Assembly: GCF_001677475.2 (NCBI RefSeq)
Contig: NZ_CP015229.1
Origin: Escherichia coli
GTDB taxonomy: Bacteria; Pseudomonadota; Gammaproteobacteria; Enterobacterales; Enterobacteriaceae
Length of the DNA: 64,000 nt
Direction: 5' to 3' (one strand)
Numbering within the stretch: the stretch's first letter is position 1; the number at the start of each line of letters is the position of its first letter. The notes under the pieces were generated by a model. It saw nothing but the letters and a program-made list of their open reading frames with translations. It searched no databases and had not been told where the DNA came from. A program made the translations under genes and the position numbers. Shown here one piece after another: positions 41,414 to 50,724 of this stretch.

Positions 41414-42046
41414 GTGGCACAACGCGGTGTAAACAAAGTCATCCTGATTGGTACCCTGGGGCAAGACCCGGAGATCAGGTATATACCAAATGGCGGCGCG
41501 GTCGGAAGACTCAGCATCGCAACGAATGAATCATGGCGCGACAAGCAAACGGACCAACAGAAAGAGCAAACAGAATGGCATAAAGTCGTTTTGTTCGGAA
41601 AACTTGCTGAAATTGCGAGTGAGTATTTACGAAAAGGTTCTCAGGTCTACATCGAAGGGAAACTTAAAACCCGTAAGTGGACAGATGACGCCGGTGTAGA
41701 ACGTTACACGACGGAAATTATCGTCAGCCAGGGCGGCACCATGCAAATGATCGGCGCTCGCCGTGACGATTCACAGTCCTCAAATGGCTGGGGGCAATCA
41801 AACCAACCTCAAAACCACCAGCAATACAGTGGTGGCGGTAAACCTCAGAGCAACGCCAATAACGAACCTCCAATGGACTTTGACGACGATATTCAAAAAC
41901 GACTGAAAGAAAAGCGGTGGTCCAGACGCCGACAAAAGCACGAACTCGCTAAAAAACGCCAAAGCTGGCAATGGCACGCGCTTTTCACGAAAAGAACACC
42001 CCGAGGCATTGCTTTCGCTGGTGGGAAAACATTCCTCCCCACCTGA
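41414..42046 (+). CDS. ssb: single-stranded DNA-binding protein with atypical C-terminal extension
   Basis: GTG start; N-terminal OB fold near-identical to the E. coli SSB sequence as recalled, through ...[10 protein letters not shown]; the canonical final PF-stop is replaced by about 50 basic residues ([14 protein letters not shown]...). Confidence 0.85.
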   Translation: MAQRGVNKVILIGTLGQDPEIRYIPNGGAVGRLSIATNESWRDKQTDQQKEQTEWHKVVLFGKLAEIASEYLRKGSQVYIEGKLKTRKWTDDAGVERYTTEIIVSQGGTMQMIGARRDDSQSSNGWGQSNQPQNHQQYSGGGKPQSNANNEPPMDFDDDIQKRLKEKRWSRRRQKHELAKKRQSWQWHALFTKRTPRGIAFAGGKTFLPT

Positions 42047-42083
42047 AGGCGCAATACATCAAATTTTAAGCAGAGAAAAGACT

Positions 42084-42737
42084 ATGAATAAAATGGCAAC
42101 GAAAGAGCTTTTTAAGTTCCTTCCCAAATACAAAGCTCACAAAATCGTTAGTGCATCGAAAATCAAAGATATCGAGATTATCTCATTGATTGATAATACC
42201 CCTGCTTGTGGCTATATCACATTAATGGACCCCCAAGGCGTAACGGTTCGTGTTGATGCAGCGTTTTTGCAAAAACACCGACCAGATACTGGCGGCTATC
42301 TGCTCGGTTATGAGGACGGTTATCTGTCCTATTCACCAGAAAAAACATTTGAAGAAGGCTTTAGTCGGACTAACGACTTCTTCGAAAATGAGGTATCGCT
42401 TAGCATTGAAGGTCACAATGGGGTGACATTCATTACAGCCAGGGACGTAACTATTGCTGCCGGTGGCATCATTACCACACAAGAAGAAATCGACCTTGAA
42501 GCAGCCGACTTCTCTGACGCGCTAATGTGGTTGAAGGAAGGCAAGAAAGTTGCCCGACGCGAGTGGAAAGGCGAAAAGCAATTCTGCTGGTTAGTTCTCG
42601 CTGGAAGCGTCAATTTACACGGCATTCACGTTCCTTATGGTGACCATTTTGTATTGAAAGATGCACAAAATATGGACAGCGTTTGGTTGCCGTCTGTGGA
42701 TGATTTACTGGCATGTGACTGGTTTGTAGTGGAGTGA
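42084..42737 (+). CDS. hypothetical phage protein with DUF2829-like C-terminal domain
   Basis: track ORF 42009-42737 trimmed to ATG 42084; C-terminal ...ALMWLKEGKKVARREW...DLLACDWFVVE. Confidence 0.5.
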   Translation: MNKMATKELFKFLPKYKAHKIVSASKIKDIEIISLIDNTPACGYITLMDPQGVTVRVDAAFLQKHRPDTGGYLLGYEDGYLSYSPEKTFEEGFSRTNDFFENEVSLSIEGHNGVTFITARDVTIAAGGIITTQEEIDLEAADFSDALMWLKEGKKVARREWKGEKQFCWLVLAGSVNLHGIHVPYGDHFVLKDAQNMDSVWLPSVDDLLACDWFVVE

Positions 42738-42743
42738 TTTAAC

Positions 42744-43526
42744 GTGGAAAATACTAAAGCAATTCAATACCGCCTGCGTAATGGTCAGAGTGTCGAAGTG
42801 ACCATCAATAATGATGGTGTGCCTGGCGAAAAGGTTTCGATCTCTGATCTGGCTATCGAAAAAACCATCATGTGCCACCTTGGCTTTACTGAAGAAGTGA
42901 GCAAAAAGCATGGTGTAGCAATCTGGAGCGCAATGGATACTGGTATGCGCAGATTCATTACTGCTCGTACCCCAGGGATGACCATGATGGACCTCATGCA
43001 GATTGCGCCGCTGTTTGAATGTGAGCCTTTAGATGTATTCAGCAATCCAGCTATCTGCCAGCAGTTATATGGTGAGATGAAACTCGCGGTTACCCCCATT
43101 GTGCTGCATGAAGGATCGCTTGCTGGCGTGTGGAAAGTGGAGCGTATTTCAAGCTACATGCCTTTCCATGTCAACGGCGTAATCACTGGTGAAAATCAAC
43201 CTGTTTCCGTTATAAAGTCAGACCTCAAGCGCGCAATTCTTGAAGCAAGTTGTCGAGTTGTCGGCCTGGGCAAACAGTCTTATGTTTCCTTCCCGGCTGG
43301 CCCTGAAGGCCCGGCAGAAATTCTGATTATGGATGCCGATCTGCTATGGCAAATACAGTTTCTGATTGGCAAAAGCATCATCCGCGCTGAAGAACTCGAT
43401 CAGTACATTACCTGCACGATGACGGATGAAGTCAAAAGTGTGGCTATAGCCAATGCCCGGAACCTATGTCGTGCTGCATTAACAGAACTGCAAGAAAACA
43501 CCACGGAAGAGGTGGAAAGTGATTAA
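42744..43526 (+). CDS. hypothetical protein
   Basis: 260-aa track ORF (GTG start), overlaps the next gene by 8 nt. Confidence 0.55.
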   Translation: MENTKAIQYRLRNGQSVEVTINNDGVPGEKVSISDLAIEKTIMCHLGFTEEVSKKHGVAIWSAMDTGMRRFITARTPGMTMMDLMQIAPLFECEPLDVFSNPAICQQLYGEMKLAVTPIVLHEGSLAGVWKVERISSYMPFHVNGVITGENQPVSVIKSDLKRAILEASCRVVGLGKQSYVSFPAGPEGPAEILIMDADLLWQIQFLIGKSIIRAEELDQYITCTMTDEVKSVAIANARNLCRAALTELQENTTEEVESD

Positions 43527-44613
43527 TCGTATACAGAATGAATCTGCCTGGTTAGCACTGATAGAACGGTATAAAGACAATTGGGAACTGGCAGCAAAAG
43601 AGTTGCTTGATATTGAGTTAACACCTCATCAAGCAAAAATTATTAACGCGATAAAGAACACCGGAGCCAAAGTCACTGCCACCACACCACATGGTATTGG
43701 GGAAACCTCTATTGTGGCAGTGATTAGCATCCTGCAAACAATACTGTATTCGTGTTCCCGTACAGTGGTTGTTTCTCCTGCGATTAACGATAGTCGAAAA
43801 ACAATAATTGACTATATGTTCCGTTATTGGGAGCGAGTTACCCAAAAACACCCTTTTCTTGGCAATTATTTCAGAATACACCCTGACAAAGGGTTGGTGC
43901 ATATCAGTGAAACATGGGGATGCGTCTATATAACCTATTGTCTGAATAACGAAGAGTCTCTGGCTGGTTTTACTGGACCGCACGATCTTTTCATCGTTAT
44001 TAACTCGGCGGAAATCAGCGATCGCGCTCATGCAGTGATAACTGGCAATTTAACCAATTATGACTCGCGCCTGCTGTTGCTGTCGAAACCATCGGAACGC
44101 GAGAAAGGGTACTTTTATGATTCGCATCACCGGTTGGCCCATAGTAAAAACAATCCTGCTGGTTTTTTCACGGCGATAACTCTAAACACAGAGGATTCAC
44201 CTCTCGTTTCTGAAGCATATCTTGAATTCAAAGCCAAAGAGTTTGGTGGACGCAATAGCGATGAATATCGCCGATTGATCTTGGGGAAATTCCCCGGGAT
44301 TCGGGAGTTGATGGAAAAGTCATCTGTTCCCCGTAATATGCACTTCACAATGACTGACGGTAGTAAATGGGTAGTGCCTACGATCGTGATCGCCAAACAC
44401 CATGCGAAACATCACGCTCAAAAACACAACTCCAGCACATTAGACTGGCTGAAGGCCTATACAATACCGTTATTCTCGGCAAACCATAACGCTATAACTG
44501 AATGGGCTAAACAAATCCCCTGGCAGGATGTGGCTGAAGAGGCGTTTGTCGAAAAACCACCAAGAGATTTGCACGAGCACTGTTGGCTGACATCAGAAAA
44601 AAGCTTCTCGTGA
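43519..44613 (+). CDS. terminase-large-subunit-like ATPase paralog (PacB N-terminal domain homolog without nuclease half)
   Basis: 364 aa; shares blocks with PacB at 17154-18638 (LLLLSKPSEREKGYFYDSHHRLA vs [22 protein letters not shown]; FTAITLNTEDSPLV vs [14 protein letters not shown]). Confidence 0.65.
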   Translation: MINRIQNESAWLALIERYKDNWELAAKELLDIELTPHQAKIINAIKNTGAKVTATTPHGIGETSIVAVISILQTILYSCSRTVVVSPAINDSRKTIIDYMFRYWERVTQKHPFLGNYFRIHPDKGLVHISETWGCVYITYCLNNEESLAGFTGPHDLFIVINSAEISDRAHAVITGNLTNYDSRLLLLSKPSEREKGYFYDSHHRLAHSKNNPAGFFTAITLNTEDSPLVSEAYLEFKAKEFGGRNSDEYRRLILGKFPGIRELMEKSSVPRNMHFTMTDGSKWVVPTIVIAKHHAKHHAQKHNSSTLDWLKAYTIPLFSANHNAITEWAKQIPWQDVAEEAFVEKPPRDLHEHCWLTSEKSFS

Positions 44614-44616
44614 GGT

Positions 44617-44646
44617 AAAAATCCCGCCGATTGGCGGGATTTCTTC
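44617..44646. terminator. bidirectional rho-independent terminator
   Basis: ATCCCGCC-GATT-GGCGGGAT stem flanked by A-run and T-rich run between convergent genes. Confidence 0.6.
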
Positions 44647-44953
44647 AATATACGATCTGGTCTACATGATCACCAAAATCATCGTCGTCGTCCTCATCGC
44701 CACCATCTACTGCTGGCCAATCAACAAACCAGCCAGCGTAAAGATGCAGCGTTCGGAGAACATCACTTGCGGGAGCATCAAGGGTGTTAACGAATCCCAT
44801 ATAGCTATTGGGATTTGCTCCAGCTATGGCTTCAGCGATCATGTCCTCGGTAATGTCACCGGAGATAATGCTTAAACGCCCGGAAACTTCTTCATTATCA
44901 TCAAATTCGATAATGGCATCTCCACCTAATGGCGCTGCGATTTTAATCTGCAT
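44645..44953 (-). CDS. small acidic protein at the end of the darA-type operon
   Basis: 102-aa track ORF ending in an Asp-rich tail; overlaps the ddrB-like stop. Confidence 0.5.
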   Translation of the reverse strand: MQIKIAAPLGGDAIIEFDDNEEVSGRLSIISGDITEDMIAEAIAGANPNSYMGFVNTLDAPASDVLRTLHLYAGWFVDWPAVDGGDEDDDDDFGDHVDQIVY

Positions 44954-45789
44954 TATTTAGCTCCTTTGCCACACCTAATAACAGTTCCAGCAATCCGTCA
45001 CCATTCATCAGTGATGCGGCAGCGGCCTCTTTGTCATGATACAACTGAAGAGCCATAGAGAATACTTCCGTTGCTGACGTTTTGGAAATAGTCGGTGATT
45101 TCTGCCGAATTTTCCCGGTGTTACTTACTGAGGCTGGCGGGTATACCTTCGCCATATAAATATTACTCAATCGAGATCTGAAGCACCATTCAGGCTTGCC
45201 ACGCCCACCGATATTGACGAAAGATGGCTTATCCCCTTCAACATTGGCCTTCAGGAATGACCGGGCTTTCTCTAACAAACCAGGGTTACTGTACTCAAGA
45301 TGATGACCCAGCTCGTGCCACAGTGCACTTGCATTTTCATCGTTCAAATTGACAGCAACAACACCATTTAGATTTGCATATGCCCTTCCCTGGTGGTGAA
45401 CTACCTTTGATAAGGTCGATATTTTCCCGCCGGTCAGGCGATAAATATCAGCAAGTTCCTTGCGCAGGTCTATCCCACCATTCTGTCCAGCGCGGGCTTC
45501 TTCCACTTCTTCTGTGATAAAAGAGTCGGCCCACTCAAGAGCTTTTTCTTCAGATACGGATGAGTTTGCGATCGCACTGTTCATGGCAGATAACACTTTC
45601 TCGTGGACCGAACCCATACTTCGCTGATTCATTTGCCAGCGTGTCTGCGGGTTATATGAGAATCGCTTAAGTAGTTGGTCAAGCTGCTCAAGTTCTTCTT
45701 CACTGACATACTTTTTAGCCTCACTATTAGACGTCAACTAGTTTTGCCGACTCGCGCCAACTATACTGGCCGCACCCTTCAGGGCGACA

Positions 45790-46545
45790 TCAAGTCGCGC
45801 TTGTTACTGCCTTCGCTGTCTTTTTCCTGTAGCTTTCCCCTTTCAGTTCGAACATATATCCGTGATGGATCAGCCTGTCTGCCGCAGCCACCGCCATAGT
45901 CTCATCCACGAAGATGCTGCCCCACATGCTGAACGGATGGTTACTGGTTATCACCAGGCTCCCACGTTCATAGCGATGCGCTATTAACTCGAACAGCACA
46001 CCCGTTTCGGCACTATCGCGTTTGACATAGCCAAGATCATCCACCACTATCACCCGGTAGCGATCCAGTTTCAGTAGCAGCTCATTCAGTTTCAACTGAG
46101 CTCTGGCTTTACGTAGTTCCTGCAACAGCTCTCCTGCGCTGTAGAACCGGGCCCGGTAGCCCTGACCTACTACGCCATCCACGATCGCTGCCGCCAGATG
46201 GCTTTTCCCCAACCCGCTGGCTCCGAACAGCAGAACGTTTTCTCCTGCATCAACCCAGTCTGTCGTTTCACAGAGTTGCCGGAACTGAGCTCCATTCAGT
46301 TCCGGCACCTGACTGAAGTCGTATTCGCTCAGCGTTTTGGCAACTGGCAACCGGGCCTCCTTTTTATAACGACGCAGTTTTTCACTCTCGCGCCACAGGA
46401 GTTCTTCATTGCATAGCGTCAGAAGATAGCGCGATGGTGTCCAGCCTTCTGCCAGCGCTCGTTTTTCCAGAGCGTGCCATTCAGCTCCAACTCGTGTCAG
46501 GCGTAGTTTACGCAGGCTATGTTCAAGGTGATGGATATTGCTCAC
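45790..46545 (-). CDS. istB: IS21-family IstB helper ATPase
   Basis: 251 aa, one residue different from copy 1 (DRLIHHG vs DRLLHHG). Confidence 0.92.
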   Translation of the reverse strand: MSNIHHLEHSLRKLRLTRVGAEWHALEKRALAEGWTPSRYLLTLCNEELLWRESEKLRRYKKEARLPVAKTLSEYDFSQVPELNGAQFRQLCETTDWVDAGENVLLFGASGLGKSHLAAAIVDGVVGQGYRARFYSAGELLQELRKARAQLKLNELLLKLDRYRVIVVDDLGYVKRDSAETGVLFELIAHRYERGSLVITSNHPFSMWGSIFVDETMAVAAADRLIHHGYMFELKGESYRKKTAKAVTSAT

Positions 46546-48041
46546 TGCGAACCTCCCTTGCCACGCAGTAGTTGCTCATAACTGCTCAGGTTATGCTGTA
46601 TCACATTGACTACCGGCAACGCCTTTTCTTTTATACCCAGGAAGCGCATCAGCCGGTGCAGATCCACGTTTCCCGGGGTATTCAGCATCTGCTCCATACC
46701 TTTTGCCACGACTGAGATATCGTCGTATCCTGCAGCCAGTTTCAGGGCATGTACCATCAGCCTTCCTGCCATATCGGGCTCCAGATGATTACATAAGCGA
46801 CGCCACAGCCTCCGCCATTCATCGTCCGGCAGGATGTCATTTCTCAGCGTTGCATGGCAGAACGCACCGGGCTTTTTTGCCAGACTGTCGATCACATGTC
46901 GGAAGTCGATACGACGGGCCCGCGTCTTCCCTTTTTCTGGTCTGACGCGAGGGCAGCTCATGACCTCGCTGCTGCCAACGTAACAGCTCAGACGATCGTC
47001 CCATAACCTGACCCGTAACAGTTGACCTACAAGCCGGGAAGGTACGCTGTAGACGACGTGCTTCACATTGATGGTACTGCTGCGACTAACCCTCACAGTC
47101 AGCTCATCATAGTCAGCACTGCGACGAAGCGGCAGCGGTTTCAGATGAAGACGTTCTTCCTTGACCAGATCCTGATTGTTACGGTTGTGCCGCATAACCT
47201 GCTGAGTGATGAAGGCCTGATATTCTTCTATGGTGCTGAAGTCGTTACTGCCCCGCAGTATCAGCGCCTGACAGATACGCCTTTTCAGATGTCCGTGGGC
47301 ACTTTCAACCGAGCCATTTTCGTGGCCCCGACCGGCATTATTGTGTACGCCCTGCATTCCGTAGTGCTGACAGAGAGTAGCATAACGCTCAGTCAGCTCG
47401 CGGCGTCCATCTTCGCCCTGTTGTTTCCATGCTGCCCTCAGGCTGTCCGTTTTATGTTCTACCGGCACTCCGCCCAGTTGTCCGAGGGCTTCCTGCAGGC
47501 CTTCAGCCAGAGCAGAGAAGCTCTCACCACCCAGAACAACCCGCATCCAGCTCCAGTGGCTCCATTCCAGACGGAAGTGATACAACTTATGCGCCAACAA
47601 CTTACCGGCGATGGTGACAACTACACCTTTCAGTTCAGTAAAGTCCGACAGGCCTCGCAGGCCGGGCTGATGTTGCTGGCGGAACATGACCTCCTGCTCT
47701 GTACCATACTGTAGTTTCCATTCGCGAACCCGCCGTTGCATTGTTCTTCGAAGGCTGTTGGGGTACTGGCCGGGATATTTATCCTGTAGCATCTCCAGTA
47801 GAGTTGTTGGTGTCAGAGCCGGCCTCTCTTTCAACAGAGGAACAAGCATGCTGTCCCACACAGCTTCCAGAGGATCTTTGCGTGTGCGCCAGTGCCGAAC
47901 ACTGTTTTTTGCCCACTCTCCTTTTTCGATCCGACGACCAGAACGGACTGAGATACCAGCCTTCATGGCCGAGATATGCTGAGTTATACCTTTCTTACGC
48001 TGAGTCATATAGTAACTGACCTGAGAAGTATTGAGCGTCAC
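46542..48041 (-). CDS. istA: IS21-family IstA transposase (intact)
   Basis: 499 aa, GTG start; continuous frame spanning both fragments of copy 1. Confidence 0.92.
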   Translation of the reverse strand: MTLNTSQVSYYMTQRKKGITQHISAMKAGISVRSGRRIEKGEWAKNSVRHWRTRKDPLEAVWDSMLVPLLKERPALTPTTLLEMLQDKYPGQYPNSLRRTMQRRVREWKLQYGTEQEVMFRQQHQPGLRGLSDFTELKGVVVTIAGKLLAHKLYHFRLEWSHWSWMRVVLGGESFSALAEGLQEALGQLGGVPVEHKTDSLRAAWKQQGEDGRRELTERYATLCQHYGMQGVHNNAGRGHENGSVESAHGHLKRRICQALILRGSNDFSTIEEYQAFITQQVMRHNRNNQDLVKEERLHLKPLPLRRSADYDELTVRVSRSSTINVKHVVYSVPSRLVGQLLRVRLWDDRLSCYVGSSEVMSCPRVRPEKGKTRARRIDFRHVIDSLAKKPGAFCHATLRNDILPDDEWRRLWRRLCNHLEPDMAGRLMVHALKLAAGYDDISVVAKGMEQMLNTPGNVDLHRLMRFLGIKEKALPVVNVIQHNLSSYEQLLRGKGGSQ

Positions 48042-50358
48042 GCCATTTCCTGTTGGATCATGTAAATGACACTCAGGTTACAAAACCGGCCAGAATAATC
48101 GGCGCCAGGCGGACTGAGTTATTGTCGTCTCATACCTCACCAATAATGCCAGGGAGAATATTGCCGTTAGGATTAAACGCTCGCGAAAGGAAGAGTTTCA
48201 GCGCCCCCATGCCCTCCGATGCTTCAATATCACCAATAACCCGGTTAACAATGGCCGCACTCTTCGGATTAGCATCCGCCAACGCTCTGGCTACAATTTG
48301 CAGGGACGATACGACCTCACGCTGCATATCCGTCCTGATCTCATCAATAAACTCTGGCGTTATGCCGTGCTCTTTAAGAATATCCCTGCCTTCCGCCGTT
48401 ACCCCATCGATATCACCGACATGTTTATTAACCCGACTTTGCAATGCCTTAAATGCCTTCAGAATTCCACGGGAATCATCCGCTTTACTAACGGCCTTCC
48501 TGAATGCTGGCAAGAAGTCTGAGTTAACCTCATTTTGTTGATCGGCCCACTGAATGGAGGCTTCTTTCATCTCGTCCAGAGTCAGATCACCCAACGCGGT
48601 ATGGTCTGTGAATATGAGCGACAACCTCTGAACCATTTCTGCCAATGGTGATGCCGAATGCGCCGCGCTAAGGAATGCTTTCACCCTGGTTGGGCGAATG
48701 GAAAACCAGTCAATAGCTGGTGGCATATCTCCGTTTTGTATCGCCTGCGCTATCTCATCAAAGCCGTCGCGCCCAAGGGAGGATGCGTGATTTAACAATC
48801 CGCGAAGTAACGAATTGCTGATACCGAATAATCGGCACCATTTATTCACGTCGGCAACAGGCATTCGAACAAAATGCGCAAGCACTTGTACAAGCTGTTC
48901 ATCCTGGGGATCTGTACGGGAAAGCAGCCTGATCAGATGAATAATGTCTTTGATGCCGGATGCCCGATGTAATAGCAAGCTGGTATATGGAGCAACACCG
49001 TTGTAACTACCGCCGGAAACGGACTCGAAAAGACCGCCGGATATCCCTTGCATGCCTTCGTTTTCCAGTTCCTGAGACACCTGGCGAAGGATATCCTGTA
49101 ACGACACATCGCCGCCGCCAAACATATCCCCCAGCGCCTGGCCCTGGTGCTGTAACTCATCATTGATACGTTGAGCCATCAACTTAAAGGCGGTGGCCAT
49201 ACGCTTCGCGCTACGGTTATTCGCGACGATGAACAACGCGAGTGCTTTCACTTCCGGGGCCGTTTCGCTGAACATATCCCCCTGAGCAATAACATCGGTA
49301 ATATGCTGGCCTGACTCCTTCGATTGCCTTACCAGGTCTACCGCATCTTTCAATGCCGCCAGCGCCTTTTTATCGAGGCTATCCGCTGTCTCAATGCCAT
49401 CAACAATAGTTGTCACAGCCTGCTTGTGCGCTTCTCCTGATAAAGCCTGCATCTGGACAAAATCATTGGCTGCCGCATTAAGCGCCGTCAGAACATTACG
49501 CATATCCGGATCAGGTTCTTCTGCAACCATCCTTACCAGGCGCGCATCCTTATATGCCTTGGCAAAGATCGCGTTTTGTATACGGTCAACAAGTTGCCGC
49601 GTTGGTCGCCCATCTTCCGTTACAAGGCCAGCAGCCTGTGTGGCACCAACTTGCGTCATGAATCCGCGAATAAACGCGTCATTACTGCGGCTAAGCAGAT
49701 CTCCGCTTTCTGACGGATTAAACAGCGCCATCATCGCCGGTGTTATGCTGTCGGCATCAACAAAAGCCTTTTCACTGGCTGCCATTTCCTGAAGATCAGA
49801 AATATTTGAGTCCTTGGCAAACTGAACGCGGTCAACCTTAGTTAACCGGCGGCGCACCAATACAGGAGCCGTCATTGATTCAACCTTTTCAGGTCGTATG
49901 CCGAATTCGGTCGCATGTTCAATCAGGTACTCACGATACCGATCCGCATTGCCGTCCTGATAGGCTTTAATGATTCCCATGGTCCGTCCATTACCTGACT
50001 CAACGGCATTGTCCTCACCAATTATCGGCGCGCCATGGCTGGATAAACCGGAATCGGTAAGCTGAGCAGGCCGCAAATCTTTGGATATCTGGTTAACCTG
50101 AAGAAGGCTGGATGCGCGGGTCCGGTCGCGCGGCTGAAGTTCCTGGGGATAGTCAGGATTAATTTTCCCATCCAGAGTATTGGATACCAAAAGAGCTGAG
50201 GCATCGACGATATCAAACGCTGTTTTTACCTCGTCTCCCTTCGCTGTCACCACATACGAAACCCGCCCATAATCGGGCAGGTTCTTAAGCAGCTCGATCA
50301 GCGTTTCTATGCTGGTGGCAATTACCACCTGATCGCTTAAGCTCATCCCTGTTACGCC

Positions 50359-50724
50359 TTATGCTGCCTCTTCAATGTTGGCGGCTATCCATGCCGCCGT
50401 GTGCTGTTTAACCTGGTCCAGGTCGATGTATGTGCCAACATATTGACTCAAGTCCTGCAAGGTACCGATAAATGCATCTGTGCTCTGATCGACGAATTTA
50501 TCAGCCAGGAAATCAGCAACCAGTTTTGGCACACCATCATGTTCCGAAGGTTGTTTTTCCTCGCCACTACCACCGCCGGACGCGCCGTACCCCATCTGTT
50601 GCATGATCTGGTCAATTTCATCGCTGATATCCAGCAACTCCATGCCACTCGCGGTAGCAGCTTTGGACATCAGAGAATCCAACTTGTCGCTGAGGTCCAT
50701 TAACTCAATAGCTGATAGTGTCAT
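50359..50724 (-). CDS. small acidic protein (at the P1 ddrA position)
   Basis: 121-aa track ORF between the darA-like and ddrB-like genes. Confidence 0.5.
   Translation of the reverse strand: MTLSAIELMDLSDKLDSLMSKAATASGMELLDISDEIDQIMQQMGYGASGGGSGEEKQPSEHDGVPKLVADFLADKFVDQSTDAFIGTLQDLSQYVGTYIDLDQVKQHTAAWIAANIEEAA

Larger units (their letters stand above)
45725..48134 (-). mobile_element. IS21-family insertion sequence, copy 2 (2410 bp, intact istA-istB)
   Basis: same termini as copy 1; flanked by 6-bp direct repeats CCTCAC (45719-45724 and 48135-48140). Confidence 0.9.
44943..50346 (-). pseudogene. ddrB-like gene of the darA operon, split by IS21-family copy 2
   Basis: track ORFs 48130-50346 (738 aa) and 44943-45737 (264 aa) join in frame (...PGIIGE-AKKYVSEEELEQ...) when 45725-48134 plus one CCTCAC copy is removed; the 738-aa ORF ends at a stop inside the IS end and the first 4 codons of the 264-aa ORF come from IS sequence; the C-terminal part carries HELGHH. 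Confidence 0.7.
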
